DNA of 64,000 nucleotides from Nemertoderma westbladi (taxonomy: Eukaryota; Animalia; Xenacoelomorpha), in assembly GCA_032718475.1 (NCBI GenBank), contig JAUCBJ010005463.1:1-64000 (forward strand). Reading direction: 5' to 3'. The notes beneath the pieces were generated by a model. It had not been told where the DNA came from, did no database searches, and saw only the letters and a list, made by a program, of their open reading frames with translations. The position numbers and the translations under genes are program-made. This document shows, piece after piece, positions 38,743 through 52,366 of this stretch (its first letter is position 1; every line of letters begins with the position of its first letter).

Positions 38743-41700
38743 GTATGGGAAACTTAGTGTCAAAGGATAATGGAGCATTAGTTAGTCTTCCTCCAACACG
38801 TATTAACCCATCTATCATTGTGCTAGAGAAACGATCCCTTAAGCGCATCTGTGGATTTCTCAACAACAGGAAATACTTATCGGAATCCTCATAGCATTGC
38901 AGGAGTCTCAGTATCTGCTTATTGGTTTCTTCATGCTCCTGGTAACTGATCTTCTCCTTCAGAAACCTGTCGGATATCTTGTATTTGGGAAGATCTTTAA
39001 CAACATGGACCTGCGCAGATGTCAGTGGAGCGGTATCACTAGTGGTCTTCGTCCTGGAGTAGTGATGATGAAAACATCGCTTTAAATATGTAACGGCCTT
39101 ACAGAGCCGATTCCAGGAACTATAATGATGTATCGCTCTCTGCAGGAGAGGTGAGAGTCCTTGCGAGATGTCTGGTATTCCAGATTTCCAATCCCTCTCT
39201 CTGATTTCCACAACAGACTTATTTGTGGCTGTGGGTTTCGGATCCAAAGCGTCGTCTCCGGAAGTGTGTAGTACAGACAGATCTACCACGGGTTTAAATA
39301 ACTTCGATTTACTCGCCCGAGTTTTAGGTTTGACTTTCTCCGCTCCCTTGGCCTGTCTAATCTCCGCCGTAGTAAGATGAGGAGGCCATTCATCCTCTTC
39401 TTTGCTTAGGAAGTCGGGTCCACCTAACCAGTCTGGAGTATCTATCAGTTCTTGTGGAGTTGCTCCCCTGGAGGCGATGTCGGCTGGATTAATCGTTCCG
39501 GGGCAATGTCTCCATTGATCTATCTTCGTGCGACTAAGTATAATGGCTACTCTGTTGGTAAAGAAGACGCTGAACTGACAGACTTCATTGGTTATATACT
39601 CCAACACGAGTAAAGCATCGGTCCAATAGACAGTTTTCTCCAGTGGATAGTCGATCTGTTCTGTTACATTCCGGCCGATGGCTGTAGCGTATAGAGCCGC
39701 TTTTAACTCCGCTCGAGGAACTTTCAACTTGTTGTTTATCAAGGCCTTATAGGTAACCAAGGCGACCTTGATTCCATCCGGAGTTTCAACTCTCAGGTAG
39801 GCTACTATACCTATTCCCATATCGCTGGCGTCTCCAAACACATGGAGTTGATAGGAATACGTAGGGAGAACATGACCAAAATATGAACGGGAAATTATAA
39901 AGTTCTTGATGGATGGTAGAGAATCTTCCCATTTCATCCACTTCTTTAATAGTTCTCCCTTAAGTGGATCGTCCCATGAGTGGTTTTAAAGCCACATTTG
40001 TCAAAGCCACTAAACTCCGAGCAATCAATATAACTGGGCTAATAAATCCCAATGGATCGAAATAAGTGCTCAGGATACTTAGACAAATCCATTTAGTCCG
40101 AACTGGATTATCTCGCTGTTTTAGCTGGAAAAACAGGATATCTCTCTCCGTGTCCCATTTCAAACCAAGCGTCTTGGTTTCTGGAAGATCGTCCTTGATA
40201 AGGTCTAGATCTTTAACTCCTCGGTCTTCTACCGTGATCGATTCCAGAAACTCACGGGAGTTGCTGGTGAATTTAGTTAATCGAAATCCACCTCTTTTCA
40301 AGCACTCTACCGTTCCTTTGGCGACATCAATGGCCTCTTCCACCGATGGGAGGGACTTTAAATTGTCGTCCATGTATATATGCCGTTTGATGTTGTCGAT
40401 AACCTCTTTAGAGAAGGCGTCCCGGTTGTCATCAGCAGTGGTGCGCACTACTGAGCAGGCGTTTGAAGGGCTCGAGATGATCCCAAAAGCCTGGATGGTC
40501 ATCCAGTACTCCACCGGTTTCTGGTTGAAGTCTCCTTCAGGCCACCACAGAAATCGTAGGCTGTCTCGATCTCTATCCAGCGCCGTAACTTGTAAGAACA
40601 TGCCTTCTATATCCGAGGCAAAGGCGATCGAATATTGTCGTAATCTTAAGAGTATTCCCAACAAGGATTGTAGTAAGTTGGGTCCTGGCAACAACTCGGA
40701 GTTAAGGGATTGGCCCATGTAGAGGGCGGAGCCGTCAAATACTACCCGGACTTCGTTGGGTTTACCGGGTTTGGGAACGTAATGGTGTGTTAAATAGTAC
40801 GTTCTCTCAGTTATGGGTGTTCCTTCCGGTACTCGCTCCGCATATCCCTTGTCAATGAATTTCTTCAGCTGGGTCTTGTACATCTCCTTAGCTGAAGCAT
40901 TTGCCGTAAGGCGTCGATGTAGTTGCGCAATTCTCTTCTCCGCCAAGGGTCGGTTGCGGATAAAATTGGGTTCTTGCCGTCGGAAGGGCAGACCAATCTC
41001 ATATCTACCTTGATCTTTAAGAAAACGTGTAGTCGTTTCTTGTATCTGCTTGGCTCTTTCATCTTCTACCGATAGGGCCTTATCGTAGGAATTGGGCTCT
41101 ACAGCCTCTTGAGTAAAGAATCGTACGGCGTGTTCATCCCGAGTCTTCGCGTTGTAGCGATCTATCACTTCATTCAGTTCGTCGTTATAGTCGACTTGTC
41201 CTGCTGGATGAATGAGGTGACATAGGTTCACTTGGTTTTGCCAAGTTTCGTTTTCCGTAAGGAGTTCGATGGTATTCTCCTCGTCGAAGAGTTGGTGGAT
41301 ATCGTCATTATCTGAGGAGTATGGTGTTCCCTCAGTTGTGTCGTCTACCTCACTGATCTCCTCTTCCCATTCACTTACCTGGTAGACCCGTTCTTTGGGT
41401 AACCTTTCCATGAGAGTTCTACGGGAAGGGCCAGTAAAGTACCAGCCTACTCTAGTTCTTCCCGCATAGGTTTGTAGTGGTTGCGGTTGAGCAGGCCGTT
41501 TCTCCAATGTCTCAAGCGCCTCATGCGCATTTTGGCTGATGAGTATTTGCACTCCAGGGTAGTCTGTGTTGAATCTAGGTATCTTATGCTGCTGGGTGAA
41601 ATCGTCCTCATCCCAGTTATAAGGTTCCACTTGGCTGGTAGCGAAGTTCTTTATCGCCACCATTTTTACTGACCTTATACTATGTTCTCCTAGTTCATCC

Positions 41701-43531
41701 TGGGGGGTGGACAATGCGCCTACATAGTAGTCTGTAGTGACTGTGGATTTCCAAACCTGCATAATTCCTGACATATTCAACTTGGTTCGGAACTTGGGTT
41801 GTCCAGCAAAGATGTCTTTGGCTAGTTCCTTGTCGATGAATGTTCCTGTGCTGCCAGAGTCAAGGAGGGCGTTCACTATATAGCTCTTTTCAGGCCCGTG
41901 GACTCTCAACTGCACTACGGGAAATTCTCGGATTCCTACGTTGGAAGTTGGTGCTTTCCAAGATGGTTGTCGGTCAGGAGTAGTTAGGGGGAGCTCACTG
42001 TCGGTTTCTTTCTCATACGTAAGTGCTCGATACACTGCGGTATTTATTAGGTAACAGAATTCGTTTTCGTCGGAGAATTCATCCGTATAGAATCCTTCCA
42101 TCTCAGAACTTTGATCAGTGTCGTTCACATCACTGAATTGGACATGTAGTTCGGACTCACTTACCTGACTCGGGCTGTTTCTTTCGAATTCAGTGTGCAA
42201 CAAGATATGTTTCGCGCCGCACTTTGCACACCTTGCATCGGAGTAACAGGTTCGCCGTTGCTGTCCTTGTCTGAGGCAATTATAACACAACCGCTTATCC
42301 CACATGACTTCACGTCTATCTTTTAGTGACTTCTTTAAAAATTCATCACACGCACTTAAACGGTGGGGCCCGTCACACAGCGCACATTTCGGTTTGATGT
42401 TACTTACCTTACTTTGGGTAACGTTGTTCGTTCTTTCCTCGGGCTTTCTTCCGTGAATTCTCTTAGGAGACATAGGAGGAGTTTTTCTTACCTGTTCTCT
42501 CCTGTCATTGGTTCGAGACTTAAATTTACTTACGTCTTTAGACGCTTTGTTGACATAGTAAGATCTTTCAGTGTCTTTCCCGCTGTTCTCCTCTTGAGAG
42601 GCCTGGCTTTCGCCGTCATCTGTATAACACACTGGTGTTACCTTTCTCCTAGAAACGGGTTTCTCACTTACCTTATTTTCCGGTGTCTTCTCTCTGGACT
42701 GCTTTAGGAGCTGTAGTTTTACCTCTCCATCTAAGAATGACATGAGATCAGCCATGGTAGGGTCTCTTCGTTGTTGTTCCATCATATATAACACTTTCTT
42801 ATCCCAGCGTGTACCTACTCCACCCTTGGGTAAAGTAGATGCTACGGCTCCAATAACCATAGAACTCTGATATTCATGAGACTTACCTAGCCAATCTAAT
42901 TGTCTACAGATCTCTTGAATCTCATCGGAAAACTCTATAATCCCGCTGCTAATGAACTTTCGGGGGGCTACCAATTTTGCATACAAATACCTAGCTATGT
43001 TATTCCTATTACCATACCTGATGTTTAGTGTATCCCAAACTTGTCTTAATCCATCTGGATGTCCAATAAACTTTAACGCCATTAACTTGGGAGATCCTTC
43101 CAAGCACTCGATGAGGAATCTAAGTTTCTCTCCGTTAGATAGCACCGAGTTCTGTATGTTATCTTTGTAATATTCATTAAAAGGTAACCATTTCATCTCA
43201 TCTCCATTGAACTTGACGATCTCTCCCACCTTTACCGCTTGACGGGCTTCGGTTCTAGCCATTTGACGCGTAAAACTTTCTTGGGCCATCGTGTTATTTA
43301 ATATCGAGTTATCGGTATATAAATTTCTCGGATTATTATCAAGTCTATGTGGAATATCATTGTCAACATGTTTATAATTACCCTTAATAGGGTTTACTAT
43401 AGGAGTTTCCACTTCACTAGCAGTATAGATGCGTGTAGGCTCCACACCTTGCGCATGAAATACTTCAGACCTAACAGGTTGACACATTGTTACCGGGGTT
43501 GGTGGTATACCCCTTTGGGTATTTACTAATT
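38743..43531 (-). pseudogene. E2 gag-pol copy 1 (gag C-half, PR, RT, RNase H), truncated before integrase
   Basis: ORFs 39960-43487 (LLDSGS, IYMDD) and 38663-39937 (RNase H) are near-identical to copy 2. Confidence 0.92.
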
Positions 43532-43536
43532 TCGCT

Positions 43537-44532
43537 TATGTCCTTCTGGGCTCCTCCCCGAGGCGCACCCATGAGGCGGACGCTTTTCCACTACCCTTGG
43601 GGCCAGTCCGACTCCGTTTTTATCAGACCGGGCCGGAGGGTAGCCCGATGCTTCCCGGGTTCAATTTTCAATCCCCCGATCACACAGGCACAGCTCGTCG
43701 TGTGTAGCCGAAGAATAGATGTTCGCCTACTGTCAACTTACTGTGGCCTGGCTGTACATTGAGCCAACTCAGAGAGTCAACCGGCGGGTGGACCAGTCGA
43801 TAGCAATCGAGTATCAAGGTCGCCCTTGAGCCAAACCGACGGTCTTGTCCCATGTGGGCTTGCACTACCCAACATGGAATATTGACACGTTTTCACCCGC
43901 CTCGCCGGCAGTATTGAGGGGAAGTCGGTTCCGCCAACAATACTGACTAGCTTAAAAGCTAAGAACAAGTCACCACTTACTAGTCACTGTACACGTGTAC
44001 TCAATAGATGCTCACGAAATCAAGTACACAACGGTAAACACAAAATCGGACACATACTATGCACACACAGAAGACATAATCGGGAAAGACAAAATTGGGG
44101 TCAAAATCAGAGGGGACAAAATTGTATCGACTGATAAAAGAGTCGAGAGTACCTTATTTTGCCGTCAGGGCAAAATAACTTTGTGTGCACAAAGTATGCT
44201 GGGGCGCAGTAAAGATATGGTCCTACTAATAACCGGCGGCGACTGAACCAACCGGCAAGGTTTCCCACACTCACTCGCAGTGGCCACACTCACGTCCACA
44301 CACAAACCACAGATCACACTAAGCCACCACCCCTACTGTGTACAGGACTAGCAGTACGGCAACAGGCCGACTATACGGTACCACGGCACCATGTTGATTC
44401 ATGGTTCGCAAGACACGAGGGCCTTCAGTAACTCCCCTGCACTATATAGAGTATTTAAAGTGCCCCCAGACCCTCACGAGTCCGCCGCCGCCTGTTCGCG
44501 ACACCCCTATAGAGACCTCACCTCTTTGGGAA
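43537..44532. mobile_element. ~1-kb unclassified non-coding insertion in E2 gag
   Basis: Interrupts gag between VQQSIVLES and LVN. Flanked by direct repeat TCGCT(T). No TG..CA ends and no evident TIRs. Confidence 0.8.
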
Positions 44533-46559
44533 TCGCTTTCTAACACGATACTCTGCTGCACTTCTTGCAACTCTAACCTACTTTCCCTTACTGTGCCCTT
44601 GAACTGTTGAACAGTCTCCTGCATCTGCCCGAGCAGGAGATCCATCCCCCGCCGTCTCTCATCCACCCACTCGACCGCCGAAGCGGGAGCCGCCAACATA
44701 GTAGCGGGTGGACGAGGGATAACGGGCGACAAATCATTGATATTTCGCTCGGAGTCCAGGACAGGAACTGTCTCAGGGGCTGTTCTGCTGGGCACAGGTA
44801 GTTTAGTGCTGTGCAAAGGGAATTTAGAGGTAGGTTCTGGGAGTACAGGTGTCTCTATCACCGAAGGGGTGGCTTCAAGAACAGGCCTAATTATTTCAGG
44901 CTCATCTACTATAGTAGGGAGTCTTTCTATTCTAATAATTTGGTCTGTGGGTTCTGTACTACCTAAGTCTGTGCTAGCTAGTTGCCTTCTAACAGCTGGG
45001 GGCAAATCAGGCAATTTCTGACGTTGGGGCATTCTTCTACGCCTGCTTAGAAGAGATCTATTTCCTCCGCCTTCAGGATCGGTGGTATCGCCTTCATCAG
45101 ATGATGTAAATCCCTGCCTTTTGGGAGTAGATCGACTTATCATCTGCATTTGACTAGCTGTTAACTGTTTATTTATGCAGTCTTGCTTTTCTTGAAGATT
45201 TTCCAACTCTAGTTGGGCGGTCTCTTCAGACGCTCTCCGTTCTGCTTCTGCCACTGCCTCTGCCGCTTTTCTTTCCGCTTCTGCCGCTGCCACTGCCGCT
45301 TTTCTTTCCGCTTCGGCCGCTGCCACTGCCGCTGCCACTGCCGCTTTTCTTTCAACTTCTGCCGCTGCCGCTGCTGCTGTCTTTCTGTCTTCTATACGTT
45401 TTTTCTTTACCTGTTCTTCTTGGACTCTAGCGATGCGGATGCGTTCATCAAATTTAGCTTGGTTTGCAGCTAACATTTCCGCATCTATTGCGTCCAACAC
45501 AAGCTTGGCTCCTTCACTATTAGAGCGAAGTCCAGCCAGCCGTCTCCTCAACTCTTCATCACCTAGAAATCGTTGATAGTCTGACAGATAGATGTCAATA
45601 GCGTCCCTCTTCTGCGGTTTCTCTGCTGTCGCTTCGCTTTCCACTTGAGAAAAGGTAGCGTCTGTTGATTCTCCATGGGTTGAGTGCTCAGCCAGCTGAG
45701 ATTTCCACTGGGCTGTTCCTTGAACCTTGAGACCCACCCGCTGGAACCAAGTCTTTACGGCAACTTGCAACGACGTGTCTTGTCTTCTTTTCGAAGCTTC
45801 CTCAAAGGCCGATAGGATTAGTCTGATTCTTAGAATTCTTTCTCTAACTTGATAAAGCAGCTCTCCCTGCTCTTGAGGTCCTTGGGGTTGTTGAAACAGT
45901 TGTTCCTCTAATCGCTCCAAAGAGATGAAGAATCCCTGTACGTATCCTGCTGCCGACCTCTTCCATACAGCTGGATCACCAGTATCCTTTGTCACTCCCA
46001 TCCTGTATAAGTCTTCCCAGGCAGCTTCCGATAAGTTAAACGGGAGTCCGGGTCCAGGGAAGTTCCATTGCGACTCGACAATAGACTTCAGTTCCTCCCT
46101 TGTGTATCCCGCATAACTGTCCTTGGTCGATCGCTTACTTCTCGCCCAATCAATTTGGTGTTCCTCCACCGCAATCAATACCCTAGTGAGTACGGCTGCA
46201 GGAAGAATGAGAAGGGGATCCGAATAAACCGCATCTGCCATCTTTGCTCCGCGCTCGGGTGTCAGCTCTACAGTATCCGAACTACTGGAGCTATCGGTCC
46301 GCTGAGAAATAAGTTCTCGGCTAGGGTGTTGCTGCTGTTTGACAGCTGCTTCTTGATCCCGCTTGACTTGAGCCCGAGTGCCTATGATAGACCTACGGTG
46401 TTTGACTAGCCTAGGGTCTGATACTACTACTGGAGGGGTGATCTTTCTTACAGTAGGAGGTGAGTTGAACTTCGGTCTCAAACGTTCCACACTCCTATCT
46501 GGATCACAGATGGTTGTATCTAGGAGACTGTCTGACAGGTTTTGCTTTGTGTCAGACAT
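44533..46559 (-). pseudogene. E2 gag N-terminal half
   Basis: MSDTKQNLSDSLLDTT... is collinear with the N-terminus of the E1 ORF at 6332, including the Ala/Glu-rich coiled-coil-like repeat. Confidence 0.92.
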
Positions 46560-48436
46560 GTTTGTTTGTACAGTTGGATGCCTACTGCTAGAACTACCAT
46601 TAAAGCAAGTCTAGTAATTCAGTATCAACTATAAGCCTAGTAATTAATTACCGATATCGTTACTCAGTGTAACGTGATATATATACACAATATATTAGAA
46701 TACCGGTATACACTTATAGTATATAGATAAGTATTATTACAGACTAGGTTTGTCACAGAATACCGGTATATAAATTTCAGCACTAATATATATAAATATA
46801 TAATAAGCCTATCGTGAATACCGGTATACAGCCTACACTTATAGTATATATAAATATAAGTATAATTATAGACTAGAATTAATTACAGAATACCGGTATA
46901 TAATTTCAGCTCAAATTTATAGAAATAAATATAATAAGCCTATTGTAAATACCGGTATGTCAATTATTTTAGAATAATTGAATTTCTGAATTTTAGGGTT
47001 ACTCAGTTACCCCACTTTACCTTATTACCGCTATCCAAGCAGTAGTTCAACTGATATTAAGGCCCAATTGATGTATGACAGGCCCACCGCTTTATAAATC
47101 GGTTTGAGTTGATTTATAATATATATACCCGTTTAATGGGTTTTGTTACAATATTTGAAATAAATGTTATTATTTCTGAGAAGGAGTCACTACACAGAAG
47201 CTGTACGCTCTCAGTGAAGTGCTACTTGTTGGACACTAAAACAAATAATTCTACTTGCCTAAGTTACTTATTACTACAAATTACGTACAATTACGGGGTG
47301 AGATTACAATCTCTAAATAAACACAAAAATTACACGTACGAATTTTTAGGGTTAATTTTACAAGAAATCTACAAACCAGCCTAACAAGGGGTTAGAATTT
47401 CTGGTTATTACAAACGGACAGGATACTACGGTATTTGAAAATAACAAAGCAGTAGTAAATATATTGCGTTATCTAGATAGGAAAATACCACCCTCTGACG
47501 ACTTATAGCCGTAGCGCTATAAGTACTACGTTATGTACATGGAGTGTTCCTACCTAGAAGTTAATTACCGCAGCCTACTATAGCTAACGTGCCTATTAAC
47601 CACTTTACAACACGAATATACTGCCTACACACTAATTACCTTCGGAAAGCACTGTACACTAAACCCTAAATTAGGTACAAGTACTTATACAACAAATAAC
47701 CAGCAGTTAAAAATACTTGTACAGCTAAAAGAACCACGTTATCTGCCGGAGTGACCAGAGCATAAAATCACCAGTCTTTACCTATGCCGAACAGCCCTGA
47801 TGTAGTACCGGGGTTAATTTAACTATAACGGTATGTATAACAAGCACAATTACTGTAGGAATAAACTTGGGGGTGTGAATGTTGGGAATAATCGCATAAA
47901 CTCTGAATAATAAATATTACGCTACCCGTACAGACTACACAAACAAAATACAGACCAAACGCTGGCAGACTACTATCAAGCCTAAATAAACTACAGTATA
48001 TGCAGACTCCGAAATGGTTAGTTAGTATGCGTTCTAACCGAGTAGTACGACTTATTCTTTCGGGGGGGATTTACCTTACAGCACTGGATGCCCCCACGTT
48101 CCTAACTAGTACTTTATCGGACATACACTCTATACACACTGCAATCTCTTCAGACCTGACAACAGACAGACAACAATCCAGCCTACAAATTATCTGTACA
48201 ATCTGAGCAGGCTTACACGCCTTCTGCTCAATATTATCTTACAAATAAATAAAACTGACAGAAATAAGTAAAATCCCAATAAAAAACCAGGGCGGCCATC
48301 CCTGATTAAATATCAAGACCTACCGGTATATAATTATCAAAATCGAATAATACTGATGTACCTGTACTGCTGTAAGTACCGGTTCGAGTGGTTAGGTAGT
48401 TAGGCCTACTGGTTACCGGTCGACCGGTACTTTTAC

Positions 48437-48477
48437 CTTTATTGCCTACGTTGCAATAAAGAAATTATAACTGTTAT
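48437..48477 (-). promoter_or_regulatory. E2 non-tRNA PBS and hairpin
   Basis: Element-sense ATAACAGTTATA (48466-48477) is complementary to LTR 49204-49215. Stem CTTTATTGC/GCAATAAAG spans 48437-48461. Confidence 0.7.
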
Positions 48478-51400
48478 TGTTTGCGCTTTTAGACCTTTAG
48501 CAATTTAACCTGCCAAATTTAGGTGTCTTCTAGGTTATAAATCGACTTTAGCCTATAACAAGTATTTGATACACATAAAGTTACATTAGCCGAAGCCAGC
48601 CTATGCGCGATCATTCACCCACGGTTAAGGGAGACTGGATTCGGATGCTCTGACCTTATTGTGGTGTAGACCTACTGTATTATTCGATTGATCGTTACTA
48701 TAATATCTCTGACAAATATTATTCACTTTCGGGAAATATTAACAGTTCCTTTAGGACGTGGCGCTCTAAGTATGTAAACAGAGTTATGACTTACACTAGA
48801 CACAACGGGATGGCTATTGATTTTCATATAAGGCGCATTCTTTAGGAAATGCTTTGTTATCTATCACACTCATGCACAATACCGCACACTGCTGCACACT
48901 GATCTGCCGACCTTCACTAATTTTAATCATATATAAGGAGAACTGCAACTGACACATGTAGGGTCTATGAAATAGCATTCAATTCACTCCAAAACCACTA
49001 TAATGTGAGTCGCAATTGCTATATGTAACCGGTCTCTCTAACCTTCAGTATATCAAGAAGATTGGGGTTTTCTGATTATTCATCGATATTCTCCAAATAT
49101 AACAACATTTCATCAAATGATAACACTTAATAACCGACAGTAAATAGCAGTAAAATAATGCGGTGAAAGGTCTTAATGCATTGAATTATGTCGTGATGTA
49201 CTGATAACAGTTATACGTTTCTATGATCAAAGCCGTTCTAATGTTTGGCTAAAGTCTGAAACACAGAATAATTCCAGAGCCGATGTTCTGGGCTCAGGAA
49301 AAAGGTAAACAAAGACCATAATGCATTGCGCGATTTCCCGGAGGCTTCTGTGCAAATAAAATGAAAATCGCTCTGATTGGTCGAGCCGAACAAAGAACAA
49401 AGAAAAGCTCTATGTGGACATATCAGCTGATAGATGTCGTCATCTGAACTACACTGTATCAAGAGTATTTTGTCGTATTGCGGCATAAAATCGCTAGTTA
49501 TGTCCGCTAAAGTACACATACAGAAAAATGGCTTTTTATGTCCACTAAAACACCTACACAGTAAGAAAACAGCTTTTTATGTCCGCTAAAACACCTACAG
49601 AGTACTTTGCGGGAAAAATGACTAGCTAGATCCGCAAAAGCCTTTACAATCGTTACTATATAATCTCTGACAAATATATTTACTTTCGGGGAAATATTAA
49701 CAGTTCCTTTAGGACGTGGCGCTTTAAGTATAAAAACAGAGTTATGACTTATACTAATCACAACTAGATGGCTACTGAGTTTCGTAAATAGCGCATTCTT
49801 TAGGAGATGCTTTATTATCTGTTACACAACTTCACACGGCTTCGCACTACTTCACACTAATGCACACTGATCTGCCGACCGTCACTGAATTTGATCATAT
49901 ATAAGGAAGATCGCAACTGACACTTGTAGGGATTATGAAATAGCATTTAATTCCCACAAAACCACTATAATTTAAGTCGCAGTTGCTACCGGTAACCTGT
50001 TCCTCTCACCTTCAGTAATCAAGAAGATTGGGGGTTTTATGATTATTCATCGGTATTCTCCAAATATATCAGCAATATATATCCATATAACAACAATTAA
50101 TAACAGACCGTAAACAGAAGTAAAATAATGCGGTGAACAGTCAGTCAGGATTAAGTAGTAATCCAGGAAATAGTATAACTCAGTGGTGATAGATTTACGT
50201 TCTTATCATCAAAGCCATCAGATTTCTAGGCCAAAGTCTGAAACTTCCAAAATCAGAAGTACAGAAGATTTCCAAGCCGGTTCTTAGGCTCAGAAAGGTA
50301 AAACAAAAACCGTAATGCATTGCGCGGTTTTCCATAGGCCCCTGTTCAACATAAAGTGAAAATCGCTCTGATTGGCTGACTAGGCAGGACAAAGAAAAGT
50401 TCCACGTATACAGGAACTCAGCTGACAGATTTCGTCATCTGAGCTCCAGTCTTTTAGAGTATTATGCGCATTGCGGCAAAAATGACTTGTTATGTCCGCT
50501 AAAGCACCTACACTGCGCATTGCGGGGAAAAATGACTTGTTATGTCCGCAAAAGCTTTTACAAGTTTTGACCTGGGAATATCCTTTGTAACCAAGGAAAC
50601 CCCCAAGTGAGATGACTGGGTAAATATAACCCTGGTACAACGGCACATGGATAAGGTTTCACGTGGAATGATAGCCCAGCATGGTTTGTGTTGTTTATAC
50701 AGTAGTTTGTAAGATGTTTAAATATGAAAACCTTGGCGACAACTGGGGTGAACAAAACACTCAATCTACTGTACTTGGGACACCCAACGTTTCCCTTGCC
50801 TAAAAGTGAGACTAAGATCGAAATTGCTGTCTGGTAAGTTGGCATGATTAACTTGTACAGTATTAATCTCTGTAAATGGCATAATTGTTTTAATTCCCGC
50901 CCATTAGCATTCTGGGTTTGTCAACATTTTGTGAGTATGTAATAGTCATACAGTCCACAAGATTGTCAGTAAACGAGTTTAAATCTGGTATCCTAGCATT
51001 ACATTATCCAAATTGACAATCTTTGTACACATGACACTGTGCATTAATGTTGGAAAATGCATCCAGTGTGAAAAACAGTGATTCAGATGGGGTAATATAT
51101 AAAGCTCCGAATCGGATGTCTTTATTAAAAAACCATACCTGGTCTTTATATAGTGTAATATTGCATGTTGCCTCCCACAGAGAGTATCGGATAAAGAAAG
51201 CAACACCACCGCGGCGTGATTCTCCATGGACACGTACACTACGAATAAATACATAACCTGGTAGACCTACTTTGTGCTGCGTTTTTAGTTCAGAAATTGT
51301 TACTATATCGTACAGTATTTATACAGTAATTCACTAAAAATGGGTGATTCAAGTTTTCCCCCAATACCATTAATGTTTAAGGACAATATAGAGAGAGAGC

Positions 51401-52049
51401 TTTCCACCCCAGTTTTTAGAAAAACTGTGGGTAATACTTGTCTACGATTTGGCCATCAACAAGTAAACTCCTCACCTTCCAGCCTATTCGAACTTCCTTA
51501 TCCCTTGGTTGTCTGGGTTTGATTTCTCTGATTTGTGGGACTCAAACAATCGCAATCTCTCTGTTCGGACATCAGGATGAGTATCTCAGCGAATGAACAT
51601 CTTTTCGAATTATTTTCCGGCTGATTTGAGACCTTTAGACTTCGCGATTACCTCGTTAACTTTATATCTGGTGTTTAATACAACTAATAGGGGCCTGTTG
51701 TTGCCTAGATTTTCTTTACCAAGACGCCTTGGTAATCATCACGCTGCCCTGTAACAACATTCTGCGGATTCAAGGCGTTTAACACGGCAGTGACTACAAG
51801 ACTACATGTGAAACAAATTGATACGGTGAACCTCTGATCATCATCTGGTACTTCTATACACTTTCTAATAATATCATTGTACCTAAAAAGAATATTAGTA
51901 AAACATTCTAACATTCAATAATATCATCTGGGGCGAATGGACTTGAAGGTGGGGCGAATCGGTCAACAGTCCATAAGTCGATTTGCCCCAGGTCCATACG
52001 CCCCTAAAATGTGTGGCGAATCGACTTGGGACTCTTGAATAGACTATAC

Positions 52050-52300
52050 CGCAATTAATTAATTAACTAATTAACTGCTTTTATCTCAGCTTCTCGAAGG
52101 CCACAGGCAAATTCAACTTGGAAAATTTCTAAACTTTTGCCAAAAACATGTGTGCCAAGTTTGGATAGATTTCATCGAGGATTGGCCGTGTTATTAACGT
52201 TTAAAATTTAACACTGCAAAAAAACAGCGACAGATCAACAGAACGACAGGTTGATTAACGGTACCAATACGCTAAGGCTTGCTTACTTCGTGGCTCGCCC
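52050..52300 (-). mobile_element. Short interspersed repeat (possibly Helentron/HINE-like); inverted copy at 56245-56475
   Basis: ttaattaactaattaactgc...cttctcgaaggccac...ttcaacttggaaaattt...ttttgccaaa matches the reverse complement of 56245-56475. Confidence 0.65.
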
Positions 52301-52366
52301 CACATATACGTGTGTTCGTGTGTGTGTGTGTGTAACAACTACTGAACTACACAAGATTTGTGAACC

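Larger units (their letters stand above)
26894..49648 (-). mobile_element. BEL/Pao LTR retrotransposon E2 (same family as E1), rearranged
   Basis: LTRs 48478-49648 (5') and 26894-28066 (3'), roughly 15-20 differences by eye. TSD ATCGT at 26889-26893 and 49649-49653. PPT at 28067-28074 identical to E1. Domain order gag-PR-RT-RH-IN. Confidence 0.96.
26677..50562 (-). mobile_element. Solo LTR of a sister subfamily, split by E2 (26677-26893 + 49649-50562)
   Basis: Starts TGTTCGCG and ends TTTTACA. TSD AGTTT at 26672-26676 and 50563-50567. The two halves join into one diverged LTR homologous to the E1/E2 LTRs. Confidence 0.9.
17425..51915 (-). pseudogene. Degenerate LINE (L2/Crack/CR1-like group) split by nested insertions; pieces at ~50563-51915, ~26050-26676, ~25135-25680 and ~17425-17834
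   Basis: ORF1-like KMFIR.DTHPDVRTERLRL near 51.6 kb and endonuclease-like remnants at 50.6-51.3 kb. RT LMDD at ~25445-25456. The reading NCDAPFPI|NKTVRQAV...GCETW continues across the E3 insertion. Confidence 0.75.

Noticed and set aside
35612-40722. 218-aa plus-strand ORFs antisense to RT (35612-36268, 40066-40722) and other shadow ORFs
   Set aside because: Antisense shadows of pol. Their recurrence is explained by the tandem duplication.
51925-52035. GGGGCGAAT repeats as a complete MITE
   Set aside because: Looks like a transposon-end fragment, but no paired TIR or TSD could be defined.
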